From Eutreptiella sp. 'Long Island Sound 2002' (taxonomy: Eukaryota; Protista; Euglenida): 64,000 nt of DNA. Location: positions 139,996,001-140,060,000 of the forward strand of contig OZ038378.1 of NCBI GenBank assembly GCA_964036045.1. The letters run 5' to 3'. The notes under the pieces were generated by a model that was given only the letters and a program-made list of their open reading frames with translations, did not search any database and was not told the DNA's origin. The first letter of the stretch is position 1, and every line of letters starts with the position of its first letter. The position numbers and the translations under genes were made by a program. Below, piece by piece: positions 25,965 to 37,882 of the stretch.

Positions 25965-26645
25965 CTAATTCCCCATAATTCCCCATAAATCCACCATAAT
26001 TCCCCATAATTCCCCATAATTCCCCATAATTCCCCATAATTCGCCCATAATTCCCCATAATTCCCCATAATTCCCCATAACTCCACCATAATTCCCCATA
26101 ATTCCCCATAATTCCTCATAATTCCACCCAAATTCCCCATAATTCCCCACAATTCCCCATACTTCCCCATAATTCCCCATAATTCCACCATAATTCCCCA
26201 CAATTCCCCATAATTCCCCACAATTCCCCATAATTCCACCATAATTCCCCATAATTCCCCATAATTCCCCATAATTCCCCCATCATTCCCCATAATTCCC
26301 CATAATTCCACCATAATTCCCCATAATTCCCCATAATTCCTCATAATTCCACCCAAATTCCACCATAATTCCCCATACTTCCCCATCATTCCCCATAACT
26401 CCCCAATAATTCCCCATAATTCCCCATAATTCCCCCATCATCCCCCATAATTCCCCATAACTCCCCATAATTCCCCAAAATTCCCCATAATTCCACCATA
26501 ATTTCCCATAATTCCACCATACTTCCCCATACTTCCCCATAATTCCCCCATAATCCCCCATAATTCCCCATAATTCCCCATAATTCCCCATAATTCCCCA
26601 TAATTCCCCATAATTCCCCATAATTCCCCATAATTCCCATAATTC
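25965..26645. repeat. (ATAATTCCCC)n subterminal array
   Basis: Directly visible; inverted relative to 23920-24300. Confidence 0.95.
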
Positions 26646-26696
26646 CAGTTGTCTGGCGCGGAGCCGTCGTCTGGCGCTGGCGGGCGCATACCCCTG

Positions 26697-27045
26697 GTAG
26701 TCCCTCCATCGCCATGCGCTGGTCCTCCACCAGCTTCTTCAACTCTTGCACCTCCGCTGCGGAGCCCGGAGGCGGCGTCCACTTCACCAAGCCCACACCT
26801 TCCACATCCAGATTGCACTGCGCCACGACGCAAAAAGCTCTGATCATTTTTGAGATTCCCCCCGCACTGTCCAAAGGTACCCCAAACTTCTTTACAAACC
26901 TCTTCTCCCATTTCTTTCTTCTGTCCAGCAACACTGACAACGCCACTTCGACCATTGACGTTGCCCGTGCTATTTCGGTGAGGGGCACCGAATCGATAAA
27001 CGAGGAGCAAACACTGCCCCTGGCAAAAGGTGCGAAATTTGCCAC
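26697..27045 (-). pseudogene. gag-like ORF1 of element 2, N-terminal part
   Basis: ...GLVKWTPPPGSAAEVQELKKLVEDQRMAMEGL, a coiled coil that continues after the insertion. Confidence 0.7.
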
Positions 27046-27385
27046 GGAGATTTTTGCTGGCCGGGTCTGTACTTAATTAACACGGAGTGTGACTCTAAGT
27101 GTGACCCACTGCAGGCCTACAGGCTCATATACAAAGGATTGCACTGCCACAAAACACATACACATGCCCACCGCACGCACACACGCATGCACACCACAAA
27201 CAGAGCTAAACCATAGGACAGAACGTGATCTAAGATTTTGAGTCCCCCCCACCCCCCCTCAAAGAAGTGGGTTTCAAATGAGGGGGTCTGGGGGGGGTTC
27301 GGACCGACTGCTAGCTTTGCTAGCTGGGGTTTTATATGTCTGTCTTATTTGTTCAAAATTCTTTTTGAAAATTTGCCTGGGGAAG

Positions 27386-28430
27386 ATGGCAGAATGCATG
27401 GAATTTCAGGATTACCTCCAGGCCGGAGTGCACGACTCTGTGCGAGAGGGAACCCCAGCAGCATCCTGCGCAAAGGCAAAGGCAAAAATGCGGTTAACCA
27501 AGTCCCTTCGCCATCTGGGGGATTCGCGTTCGCAACGGCTCTCGACATTTGCCAGTGCCTCAAGATTTGGAGGGACAGAGGAGGCACTTGTTGAAAATCT
27601 GATTGGCTACACGTTGACAGAGCAGGTCCAAATAAACATGACAACAGGGGCCTTTGAGAAGATCAGGGTGCAACCGAACACTGTCAACAAGGCTTCGGAC
27701 CCTGCCCTGCTAAGCTTGTTAGAAGGACAGGCTGCCCTGATCAAGTCCCTCACGGAGAAGGTCAACAGTCTATCGGAAGCCCCCACGCGGTCGGAAAGGT
27801 CTGTGCCACCCCTGTGCCTCAAGGAGTTACATGAGGTGGCCTTGGTATGGAACCACCCACAATTGGTCACCAGGGTCCTGTACTACCTCAAATGCGCGAT
27901 CCTCAAGGAGGCCCTGCCGCTGGATGCCATGAGAATGACCCCCAAGTGGGATGATGAGGCGCAGAAGCCCCTCCTTTTCAGCCTCTCGGACGACCAGAAG
28001 AAAGATACCACGGTATGGACTGAGGTGGTGGGGTCTGGAGATTCGGTAGGGGACGCCCCCATGGATGACAGCTCAGGCACACAACCCCCGGTGTTGTCCT
28101 TGAACAGCTCTGCGGTGCTCATGGTGGAGTCTTTGTGGTTGCTGTTGTGGTCCTCCGTCCACTGTTACAAGGAAAGATACAAATCCGACTCAACCTCTTC
28201 AAAACAAGCTTCAGCGGATCCCGACTTTACCTCATGCCTCAGTACAGCGGGGGCACGCCTGAAAAAGGTCATGCGACGTCGTCTCAAAATGGTGAACGGG
28301 GTTGAGTACTTCGAGCTCCATAAAGGAAAGTGGCTGCGATCGGACTCCACTAGTGGGGCCCTGTAAAACGTGCAAAGGTCACGGGCTCATCGAGAGGCAC
28401 TGGGTTTGGAACTGCCCCAGGCCGGAGTGA
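27386..28430 (+). pseudogene. gag-like ORF1 of element 1 (one frameshift near 28335)
   Basis: Open for ~325 codons from MAECMEF; the shifted frame ends GPCKTCKGHGLIERHWVWNCPRPE* (C-x2-C-x8-H-x4-C). Confidence 0.75.
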
Positions 28431-28436
28431 CAGGAC

Positions 28437-29480
28437 TTGGCGGCCAAGCCGGTGGACGCGACATCAATGCTACAACGGCTGGACCGCTTCCGAAAGGGGG
28501 GGCCTGTGCTGGCACCCGCCCCCATGGCTTCCCAGTACGTCATCGGCTGGCCGGCGGTGGTGGATGCGTGGCAAATCTTGGGAGAGACCGACCCCATGGA
28601 GTGCCCAGCGGCTTATCTGGTCTCAACATGGCGGCCATCGACACGAAGGACCTATACGACCCACCTTCGACGATTCGCCCAATTCGGGGGGGCGCTGTCC
28701 AGCCAGGGGACATGCAGGCGTTGGCGGAAAAGGTCCTGCTCTCCATGTTTGCCCAGGGCCAGAAGGCGGCGGCGGCCAGAGGATGCATATCCGCCCTCAA
28801 GGCAGTGGCTACCTTGGGGTGGATCCCCCCGCTGCAATGGGACAGGTTGTGGAGAATTTTCAAGGCGGCAGCGGATTCCCCGGGACAACGACAGTTCGGA
28901 GGGCCCGAACTACTCCAACTCATGGCCGAATCATGCTCCAGGGTGGGGGAACGGAAAGTCTATGCAGTGGCGGTCCTATCCTTCGCTACGCTCTGCAGAG
29001 TGGGAGAAATATCGTCACTTCGCCGGTCGAACATCTCCAAAGTGGGAATTACGTACCAGGGGATCAAGCGAGATCATCGCCAAATCACGAGACGACTGGG
29101 GCCATACGCGCAGGCATGGGCTACGTGGCTCCGCAGGATCGCACCCGGTGAGGCGCCAGCATTGGGACGAGCAGCGGATCTCGAAATGGGGATGGCCAAG
29201 CTCTTGCAGGGGACCGACAGAGGAGAGGTTAGGTGGCATGCCTGGAGACGAGCGGGCGCAACCTACCTCCGTTGGTCGGGACTTCTGTGGAGACACCTCC
29301 TGTGGTGGCGTCGATGGCATAGCATCAAAATTGCTCACCTGTACGGGTCTCCCCCCGACGAATTTGAATGTGTGCAGACTACGCGACTGCCTTGGCCAGC
29401 CACTGAAGGAATCCGCTGGCGAAAGACCGACATCAGGGACCTCTGGCCGGCCAGCCTCCGGAGCTCTTCGAAAATGACGA
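28437..29480 (+). pseudogene. Tyrosine recombinase of element 1 (one frameshift in the G7 run at ~28690)
   Basis: YLVSTWRPSTRRTY (core-binding domain), then LCRVGEI, GIKR, RWHAWRRAGAT, WRRW and AHLY, covering the R-K-HxxR-W-Y catalytic set. Confidence 0.9.
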
Positions 29481-30007
29481 GAAAGTCCGCACGTCCCCAA
29501 CGGAGGCCAAGCGAACACGACCCGCAGGTGGAGACGGCGGGACCGAAAAGGAGAGCGCCGCAGCGGTACGGACGGTCGGCGTAGGACGCCGGGAGAGAGG
29601 AGGCCGCAAGTCCAGACGCACGGTCTGGAAAGGAGTCGCAGGGACAGGGGCCCCACCAGAAGTTGAGCCTCCCGGGGGCACGAGGTCCGTGGACCCGATG
29701 CCGACACGGGGTAGGGCTGACAGCGGAACACCAGAAGCCCCGGTTACTTCCAAGGAGAGTCCCATCGACGTCGATGAGGAACAGAGCGTGGAGATGGGTC
29801 CCACGCGACAGCGTGACGCCAGTGGAGGAGAACAAGGCCCCGGACAGCCTCGAGGTGGTGGACGGTTCCAAGGACGGCCCCGGGGTTTCACGACATGGAG
29901 GACACGACCCCGAACCACAGCGGGTCTCGGAGCCAGGCACCTAGCAACGCTGGCCCGACGCGCAGCCGGCGGCGCCGGTAAACGATGAATGCCCCCGGGA
30001 GAGGGCT

Positions 30008-30439
30008 GTGGAGAGATTGATCCGGTCGGAACGAGGACAGGGGTGGCTGGACGAAATTTCCACGGGCCTGAGACTAAGTGGGGGCCTACGAGACCTGTTG
30101 CACCGGCGCATCCGTTTCCTGTTCATCCAGGGGGGGAGGGTAGCCAGAGACCTGGGTATGGTGGATGTTGATGACCAATTAATCGCAGCCTTGGACTCCC
30201 TGCGGGGGGATTTGTGGTCCTGTGTGCTGCGGGATTCCACCTCCCCGGTTACTCTCCTCCTTAGCCTCAACCCTTTTGTGTTGGATAGGGGGCTGGGACC
30301 GGTAGGAAATATCCCCATTCCCGAGATTTTATGGGATTTCCTTGCCCCGCTCGATTTGCAGGATGTGACGGGTCGTGATTTGGGGGAGATGCCACGAGGA
30401 GCCACAATATGCCTAAATTGTGTTTTGCTTTGTTCGTAA
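30008..30439 (+). pseudogene. N-terminal segment of the RT ORF of element 1
   Basis: LWSCVLRDSTSPVTLL...RGLGPVGNIPIPEILWD is homologous to the segment directly preceding RT motifs in element 2. Confidence 0.7.
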
Positions 30440-30730
30440 ACCAAAAACGGCTTGGGGGATGTGATTTTTGGACAAATTAATGAATTCACAAGGGGCTAAG
30501 CCAACAATTCAACCCCTTGTGGTAGGGTACGCGAAAAGGCCCAAAAACGCCCAAAATGGGGGGGTATGTGGCGTTCTCCCATATATACCGGCCTGCATCT
30601 CTTTGATCTAACATGTAACCTCTGCGACGTAATTTTATTGTCTTTGGCAAGTCCACCTCGCAGGGAATCTATCCCAAGCAATGGGAACCCAAAAACAAAT
30701 AATGACCACATAAAACATGCTTTACATGGC
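30440..30730. repeat. Composite-repeat fragment (A reverse, C, B)
   Basis: ccaacaattcaacccctt...tttgatctaac...ggcaagtccacctcgc...aaaacatgctttacatgg. Confidence 0.7.
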
Positions 30731-31426
30731 TTGGGTCACATGTACCACCGGTGCCCAGCATAGAACTTTGGAAGAGAGACCAATATTGTCCCGTTACCGG
30801 TGGCAAGTTTAGGAAATCTGTACCGACGTGCATGCGATATACTTCGGTCCGTTGCTTGGAAGTTTTTGAAATCCCTCGGAAAGATGCTCGGAAGTTTTGG
30901 CAGCCAGATCGGGTCCGAAAACGCAACCGATATCGGTAGGAATGTTCCATGGGCTTCCCAGCCGACCGTGCCGGGGGAGCTCGGAAGAAATTTTTCAGCC
31001 CGAACCCAGTGGAATTTTGGTTAGATGCTTGGTGCCTACCTTGCCTGCAAGATGCCATGGAGAACAGCACGTTGAAGCTAATGTTTGTCTACTCTTTGTC
31101 TGCGTTGCCTACAAAACTGCATGGAGAACACTGTGCTCAAGCTTATGATTGCTTCCCCTTTGTGGTCCTTTGTGAATTTGGACTTTTGCTTTTGACATGT
31201 GCCACGCCAGTTTGATCCTTGGTGGCTGCTTTGCCCCTAAACTTGCATCGAGAATACTGTACTCAAGCTGATGAATGTTTGCCCTTTGTGCCTTGTGAAG
31301 CTTTGTGCCTGCTTTTGTGGTTTTCTTTTTGCATGTGTGTCGCTTTCTCACCTAGGCCCCTTTGAGTAGACTCACTAATGTGTTCCATTTTTGTGCTCGG
31401 AACACTTTTTGTCACCTGCAAGAGAC

Positions 31427-31830
31427 ATGTCTAGTAGTCAAGGCAGTGCCGCTAGTGCCTCGTCTTCGTCCGCTCGGCCCCCCCAGCCCGTTCAGCAGCT
31501 CCCGGAACCAGATTTGGAGCTTGAGGGCGAGCTCATTGACGCGGACACAGCCAATACCGAAGTTCCCGAACCGGGTGATACACAATCGCGCCTCCAACTC
31601 GCCCTAGCAGCACTGTGCCTGCGGCATAAGCCGTCAGAGACCATTGAACCCAGACTGCTAAGGGTTTTTTTGGACAGGGTTGTCCCTGATGCATACCGCA
31701 TCCAGCCGAAGGATACCTTGCTGGCTGTGCTTATGCATAAGCATTTTTCAATCCCTGTCTTGACGGCACGGGAGGCTGTGGGCAAGACAAGCCCCAGCAA
31801 ACATGAGACTTCGTACGGTGTACAATTTGC
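31427..31830 (+). CDS. Hypothetical protein N-terminus inside the unclassified element
   Basis: MSSSQGSAAS...LQLALAALCLRHKPSETIEPRLLRVFLDRVVPDAYRIQPKDTLLAVLMHKHF; protein-like composition; no family recognised. Confidence 0.4.
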
Positions 31831-32010
31831 CTGCTTGGGTGGTTTTCTTTTTGTATGTGTGTCGCTTTTTCACCTTGGCCCCTTGCCCAGAACACTTTTT
31901 GTCACCTGTGTCCTATGTCCTGTGTCCACTATCAAATGCACACTCTGTGGATCTCAACTCATGTCACTCAACCCTCTAATCACCTGTGTGCACTGGAAGG
32001 ACACGCATAC

Positions 32011-33195
32011 GCTCTATGTAAAGCCCCAACCACCAGCTTTCATCAGAACCTTGTTTTGTGGAGTTTTACCACACCATCACAGAATTAGAAGGCTCCAAAG
32101 TGAGCTCGACTGTCCGCCCCCCTACAGAGGCCCACTGTTTCAGATTTTCACAACTAGGAGCTCTATGTAAAGCCCCAACCACCAGCTTTCATCGGAACCT
32201 TGTTGTGTGGAATTTTACCACACCATCACAGAATTAGAAGGCTCCAAAGTGAGCTCCACTATCCGCCCCCCTACAGAGGCCCACCGTTTCGGATTTTCCC
32301 AACTAGGGGCTCTATGTAAAGCCCCAACCACCAGCTTTCATCAGAACCTTGTTTTGTGGAATTTTACCACACCATCACAGAATTAGAAGGCTGCAAAGTG
32401 AGCTCAACTGTCCGCCCCCCTACAGAGGCCCACTGTTTCAGATTTTCCCAACTAGGGGCTCCATGTAAAGCCCCAACCACCAGCTTTCATCAGAACCTTG
32501 TTTTGTGGAATTTTACCACACCATCACAGAATTAGAAGGCTCCAAAGTGAGCTCAACTGTCCGCCCCCCTACAGAGGCCCACCGTTTCGGATTTTCCCAA
32601 CTAGGGGCTCTATGTAAAGCCCCAACCACCAGCTTTCATCAGAACTTTGTTTTGTGGAATTTTACCACACCATCACAGAATTAGAAGGCTCCAAAGTGAG
32701 CTCCACTATCCGCCCCCCTACAGGGGCCCAGTGTTTCAGATTTTCCCAACTAGGGGCTCTATGTAAAGCCCCAACCACCAGCTTTCATCAGAACCTTGTT
32801 TTGTGGAATTTTACCACACCATCACAGAATTAGAAGGCTCCAAAGTGAGCTCGACTATCCGCCCCCTTACAGGGGCCCACTGTTTCAGATTTTCACAACC
32901 AGGGGTTCTATGTAAAGCCCCAACCACCAGCTTTCATCAGAACCTTGTTTTGTGGAATTTTACCACACCATCACAGAATTGCAAGGCTCCAAAGTGAGCT
33001 CGACTATCCGCCCCCCTACAGGGGCCCAGTGTTTCAAATTTTCCCAACTAGGGGCTCTATGTAAAGCCCCAACCACCAGCTTTCATCAGAACCTTATTTT
33101 GTGGAATTTTACCACACCATCACAGAATTGCAAGGCTCCAAAGTGAGCTCCACTATCCACCCCCCTACAAGGTCCCACTGTTTCAGATTTTCCTA
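32011..33195. repeat. 149-bp tandem repeat, 8 copies
   Basis: The tatgtaaagcccc anchor lies at 32015, 32164, 32313, 32462, 32611, 32760, 32909 and 33058. Confidence 0.95.
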
Positions 33196-33196
33196 A

Positions 33197-33780
33197 CCCT
33201 CTCCCACCCTCTCCCACCCTCTCCCAACCCTCTCCCACCCTCTCCCAACCCTCTCCCTCCCTCTCCCAACCCTCTCCCACCCTCTCCCACCCTCTCCCAA
33301 CCCTCTCCCACCCCCTCCCAACCCTCTTCCACCCTCTCCCAACCCTCTCCCACCCTCTCCCACCCTCTCCCAACCCTCTCCCACCCTCTCCCAACCCTCT
33401 CCCAACCCTCTCCCACCCTCTCCCAACCCTCTCCCACCCTCTCCCACCCTCCCCCAACCCTCTCCTACCCTCTCCCACCCTATGCCAACCCTCTCCCACC
33501 CTCTACCAACCCTCTCCCAACCATCTCCCACCCTCTCCCAACCCTCTCCCACCCTCCCCCACCCACCCGCTCCCAATCCTCTCCCAACCCTCTCCCACCC
33601 TCTCTCAACCCTCTACCACCCTCTCCCAACCCTCTCTCAACCCTCTCCCACCCTCTCCCAACCGTCTCCCACCCTCTCCCAACCCTCTCCCACCCTCTCC
33701 CAACCCTCTCCCACCCTCTCCCAACCCTCTCCCACCCTCTCCCAACCCTCTCCCACGCACCCCCAAGACTCTCCCAACCC
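33197..33780. repeat. (CCCTCTCCCA[A])n minisatellite
   Basis: Directly visible 10/11-bp units. Confidence 0.95.
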
Positions 33781-34199
33781 TGCTGAGGAACAGGGCTTTC
33801 ATGTTTACACGGCGTTGTCTTGCCCACTGATCATTCACATTTCAAGCTTAAGTAAACAGTCATGCTTGTCTTTTTGTGTGTTTCTTTGCTGGGGTCTGGG
33901 ATTTGGGAACCAACAACGGTGTAGTTCATTGTACAAAAAACCAATGGAAAAACGCCTGGAAGTTTTTGAAATCCCTCGGAAAGATGCTCGGAAGTTTTGG
34001 CAGCCAAATCGGGTCCCAAAACGCAACCGATATCGGTAGGAATGTGGCATGGGCTTCCCAGCCGACTGTGCCGGGGGAGCTCGGAAGAAATTTTGGCTGG
34101 GACTTCCCAAATCAACCCTGCAATATGAGTCCCATTTGCTAAGCATGAATGCTGAGCATCCCCAAATATCCTGAGCAATATGCTCAGCATTTTCCTACC

Positions 34200-36900
34200 A
34201 TTTTTTACCTTCTATGCTGTGCGTCCCAGCACCATGTGTGGCTGCGGGTTGTGTACCAATCGGCTGGAAAACAACCCCTCCCACACCCACCCGGTACCCA
34301 AACACAGTTAAAACAACATATCAATACTATCTAAAACATGCTTTACATAGCTTGGATGTTCATTGTGAGTGGCCACAAGACAAAAAAAAGTTTTGGACAC
34401 TTCAATTTTTGAGCAACCTCGGGTGAAGAACTGTTGTAGCACGTTGTGTACCGGCGGCCCTTTGGAACACGCCCCTCGTACACCCAGAACCCAAATGGGA
34501 AAAAAAACAAACACATAACTACGGCTTAAAACATGCTTTGCACAGCTTGGATGGTCATTGTGAGGGGTCACCATGTCAAAAAAAAAAGATTCGGAAACTT
34601 CGATTCTTCACTTGTACAGGGTGAAAAGCTGCACAGGCAAGTTGTGTACCACTCCATGCACAAACACAAGCCATTGTTGGCGCAAACGGTCATTTCGCAT
34701 TTTTCCACGGACCATAACCGGCCCTAGGGGCGGTTAGAGGATGTAAAAAACGTCCAATTCTATCCTAGCACGCGTATACTTTCACAACATCCCTGCTTGC
34801 ACCTCTCACAGTGGGTACCACATAGTCGCCAAGGTTGCCAAAACCACCAGTATCGCAAAAAGTGGTGAAAAGTGCAGAACCAGCATCAACTCCTTTCCCA
34901 CTCCACCCCATACAAACCCCATATGGTTGCGACCCGAAAACACTTTTTTGGCTCAAAATGCAAAAACCAAAAAACTCATTATTTCACACGCAAGAAAAGT
35001 GTAGCTCATTTTTTTGACACTTTTAATCCTCCCCCCCCCCCGGGACCCCCACCACCCCGACCACCCCACCCCCCTCTCGTGACGCCTAAAAAAAGTGGGT
35101 TTCAAGTGAGGGGGTCGGGCTGTCCGGGGGGGGGGGGGGGGTCCATACCAAAAGCTCATTGGGGGATGCGTTTTTTGCACAATAATTATTTTACAAGGGG
35201 CCAAACGAGCAATTCAACTCTTTGGGGTAGGGCACGCCAATAGGCCCAAAAAGCCCCAAGACAGGGGTTATGTGGCAATTATCCCCTATATTTGGGCCCG
35301 CTTGGTTTGATCTAACAACCTATGTGAGGTGATTGTTTTGTGTTTGGCAAGACCACGTTGCAGAGAATCTAGCCCTGGCAATGCACACTCAAGCGACAAA
35401 CACATCAAATACCTGCGACAAAAAACGCAAATACCCCGCAAGACATGCTTTACATGGCTTGGATGATCATTGCGAGTGGTCACAATATCAAACGAACAAG
35501 CTTCCGAAAAAGTGGATTTTTGAGGTGCCCAAGCTGAACAACCGCCGATACAGGTTGTGAACCAATCCATTTTGGAGGCATCGCCCCACCTACACTTAAC
35601 ACCGAAACAGGATGAAAAGACACGTAAATGCTGTGTAAAACATGCTTTACATAGTTTGGGTGGTAATTGTGAGAGGCGGGGATAACAAAAAACTAAGTTT
35701 CAAAAAGTGTGATTATTCAGTTGCACAGGGTGAAGAACTGCAAAAGCAAGTTGTGTAGGGGTCCTTTGGGGACACCCACCCCAACCCCCACCATACCCAC
35801 ATGGGGTAAAAATCACACGCATAAATGCTTCCTCAAACATGCTTTGCATAGCTTGGGTGGTCATTGTGAGTGGTCGCAATAAAAAAAAACACGCATCGAA
35901 AACTTCGATTTTTGAGTATTCCACTGTGAAAAGTTGCAAAATCGATTGGGAGACCCCCCCGAGGCACATACCCAATACCCAAATGGGGTAAAACACGCAT
36001 AAATGTTGCCTAAAACATGATTTACGTAGCTTGGATGGTCATAGTGAGTGGCCAAGATATCAAAAAACTAAGTTGGGGAAACTTCCATTTGACCTATACA
36101 GAGTGAAAAGCCGCATTAGCAGGTTGGGTGGCAATTCATTAGGAGACCCCTCCCCCCCACGCGCAGAACCAATAACCGAAAAAACACATAATTGCTGCCT
36201 AAAATATGCTTTATGCAGCTTAGATGGTCATTGTGAGTGGCCACAATGTCACAAAAATAGGTTTTGCAAACATCAAGTTTTGAGCTGTACAGGGTAGAAA
36301 CTACATAGGAAGGTTGTGTACAAGTCCCTTGGGGGACACCGCCAACCGGCACCCAATACCCCAACAGGGTAATAAGAATATAAACATTACCGAGAACGTG
36401 CGGTAAGTAGCTTGAATGACATCGTGAGCGGCCACGATGTCAAAAAATTAAGAATTTGCGAACTTTGATTTTCAACCCCTCAAAATGAGGCAAAGCGCAT
36501 CACGAGGTTGTGTACCAGCCCATGCACACATGTAAGGCATTATTGGTAGAAACAGTCGTTTGCGTCTTTCACCCACGCCTTCACCGCCCCTAGGCAAGGC
36601 TACAAACTCCAAAAAATGTCCTCTTGTATCCTAATAGGCACATGTTGTCACAACGTCCCTACTTGCACACCTTAGAGTGCGTACCACAAGGTCCGTAAGG
36701 TCCGCAAAAACACCGACATAGCAAAAATGACGAGAAACTGCATAAACTACATTAACGCTCATCACCAACTTGCCCCATACAAACCTTGTGGAGTCGGGAC
36801 CGGAAAACACTTTTTCGGCTCAAAAGAAAAAAAAACAAAAAATTAATGATTTTTGACCACAAGAAAGGGGGAGGACGTTCAAAATTTTTGATCCCCAACC
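34200..36900. repeat. Head-to-tail composite satellite: B3-A(rev)-C-B6-A(rev, partial)
   Basis: Diverged B units, A reverse at 34700-35330, C at 35340-35420, A reverse again at 36530-36880. Confidence 0.75.
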
Positions 36901-37882
36901 CACTGCAACCCCCTTCCCTCAAAACTTAAAAAATGGGCTTCAAGTGGGTTGGTGGGGCAAAAACTCGTTGGGGGATGTGATGGTATTGGACAAAATAATG
37001 ATTTTAAAAGCAGTTGAACCAGGGCGGGTCGGCTTTTGAAAGATGCGACACCATGATGAAATGACCTTTTTTTGGGCCCCTCGAAAAAAGGGGTAGTTTT
37101 GGGGGGGTTTGGGGGGGTTTCGGCTGAAAGAAGTGGGTGGGGGGGTTGGAGGGGGTTTTGTCCAAAGTGGCTGTGGGTGTGTGTGTGCAAAAACACACCT
37201 TTAAAGCCGACATGGGTGGTATTTATGTTTAAGGGCACAAAGACCCCCAAGTACTCCGGAACCCAGGCCTCTTGTCGGCGCTAAGAGTCTCCCAAAATGC
37301 ATAGGGTGAGGACCCACCCAACCAATCGGTGGACCCGTGTGGGTATGAAAGCCCGTCTTGGCCATTCAATAGGTGGACCAAGTCTATTGTGGACCCCACG
37401 ACGTCAATCTCGCCACCCGGCCATTCCAGCTTTGCTTGCCGCTAGCATGCATCCCCTTAGAGCTCCGAATGATGGACCACGTGTGGATGGGAAAGCTAGT
37501 CTTGGGCGTTCAGCTGTGCCCCAATCCGTTGTGGACCCCACAACGCCAATCTTGCCACCTAGCCGTTTCGATGGGCATGCATGCCCACCCATACCCGTCG
37601 GCACCACTAAGTCTTTCTTGCCTTGCCGTTGGAAGTAGATAGAGTAGCCATTGCCCGCTTTGATGGTGGTGCCTTTGCATCCGCTTTTAAGTACTTCTTT
37701 CGCTTGCTTGTGCTTGCAATTATGCGCACATTAGCTCCATCCAGCACGACTGCCTTTGAAGAGTTCGTTGAAGATCATCCACTTCTTGAAGATGATGAAG
37801 AATTGGAATTGGAAGAATCCCCAGATGAACTGCTGTTCGAGGAGTCTATTGCACCAACATCCTTCGTTGGCTTCCAATACCC

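Larger units (their letters stand above)
23796..26696. mobile_element. 2.9-kb TIR element with long 9-10-bp tandem-repeat arms
   Basis: TIRs CAAGGGTATGCGCCCGCCA and, on the reverse strand, CAGGGGTATGCGCCCGCCA; GTAGTC is duplicated at 23790-23795 and 26697-26702; removing the element rejoins the gag frame (QRMAMEGL|RKELAEL). Confidence 0.85.
20900..27100 (-). mobile_element. Degenerate tyrosine-recombinase retrotransposon (element 2), order gag-YR-RT, interrupted by a TIR element
   Basis: gag at 27045-26697 and 23795-23098 with a CCHC-like end; YR at ~23080-21990; RT N-terminus at ~21480-20900. Confidence 0.8.
27280..30440 (+). mobile_element. Tyrosine-recombinase retrotransposon (element 1), order gag-YR-(RT ORF N-terminus), truncated at the start of RT
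   Basis: ORF1 at 27386-28430, YR at 28437-29480, conserved pre-RT segment at 30008-30439, then cut by the composite repeat at ~30440. Confidence 0.85.
30857..34095. mobile_element. Unclassified element bounded by ~140-bp direct repeats
   Basis: tggaagtttttgaaatccctcggaaagatgctcgg...ggagctcggaagaaatttt at 30857-30995 and 33957-34095. Confidence 0.5.

Noticed and set aside
23922-26621. MGNYGELW-repeat proteins in the ORF track
   Set aside because: These are translations of the GGGGAATTAT tandem repeat inside a TIR element
23796-26696. Nonconventional intron interpretation of the 2.9-kb TIR element
   Set aside because: The duplication is 4 or 6 bp, so a 3+5 excision would delete 2 nt and create a stop rather than restore the gag frame
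32011-33195. CRISPR-like regular array
   Set aside because: Whole 149-bp units repeat with no unique spacers, there are no cas genes, and the context is eukaryotic
33086-34039. GEGWERV / PTLSQPS repeat ORFs
   Set aside because: These are translations of the CCCTCTCCCA minisatellite
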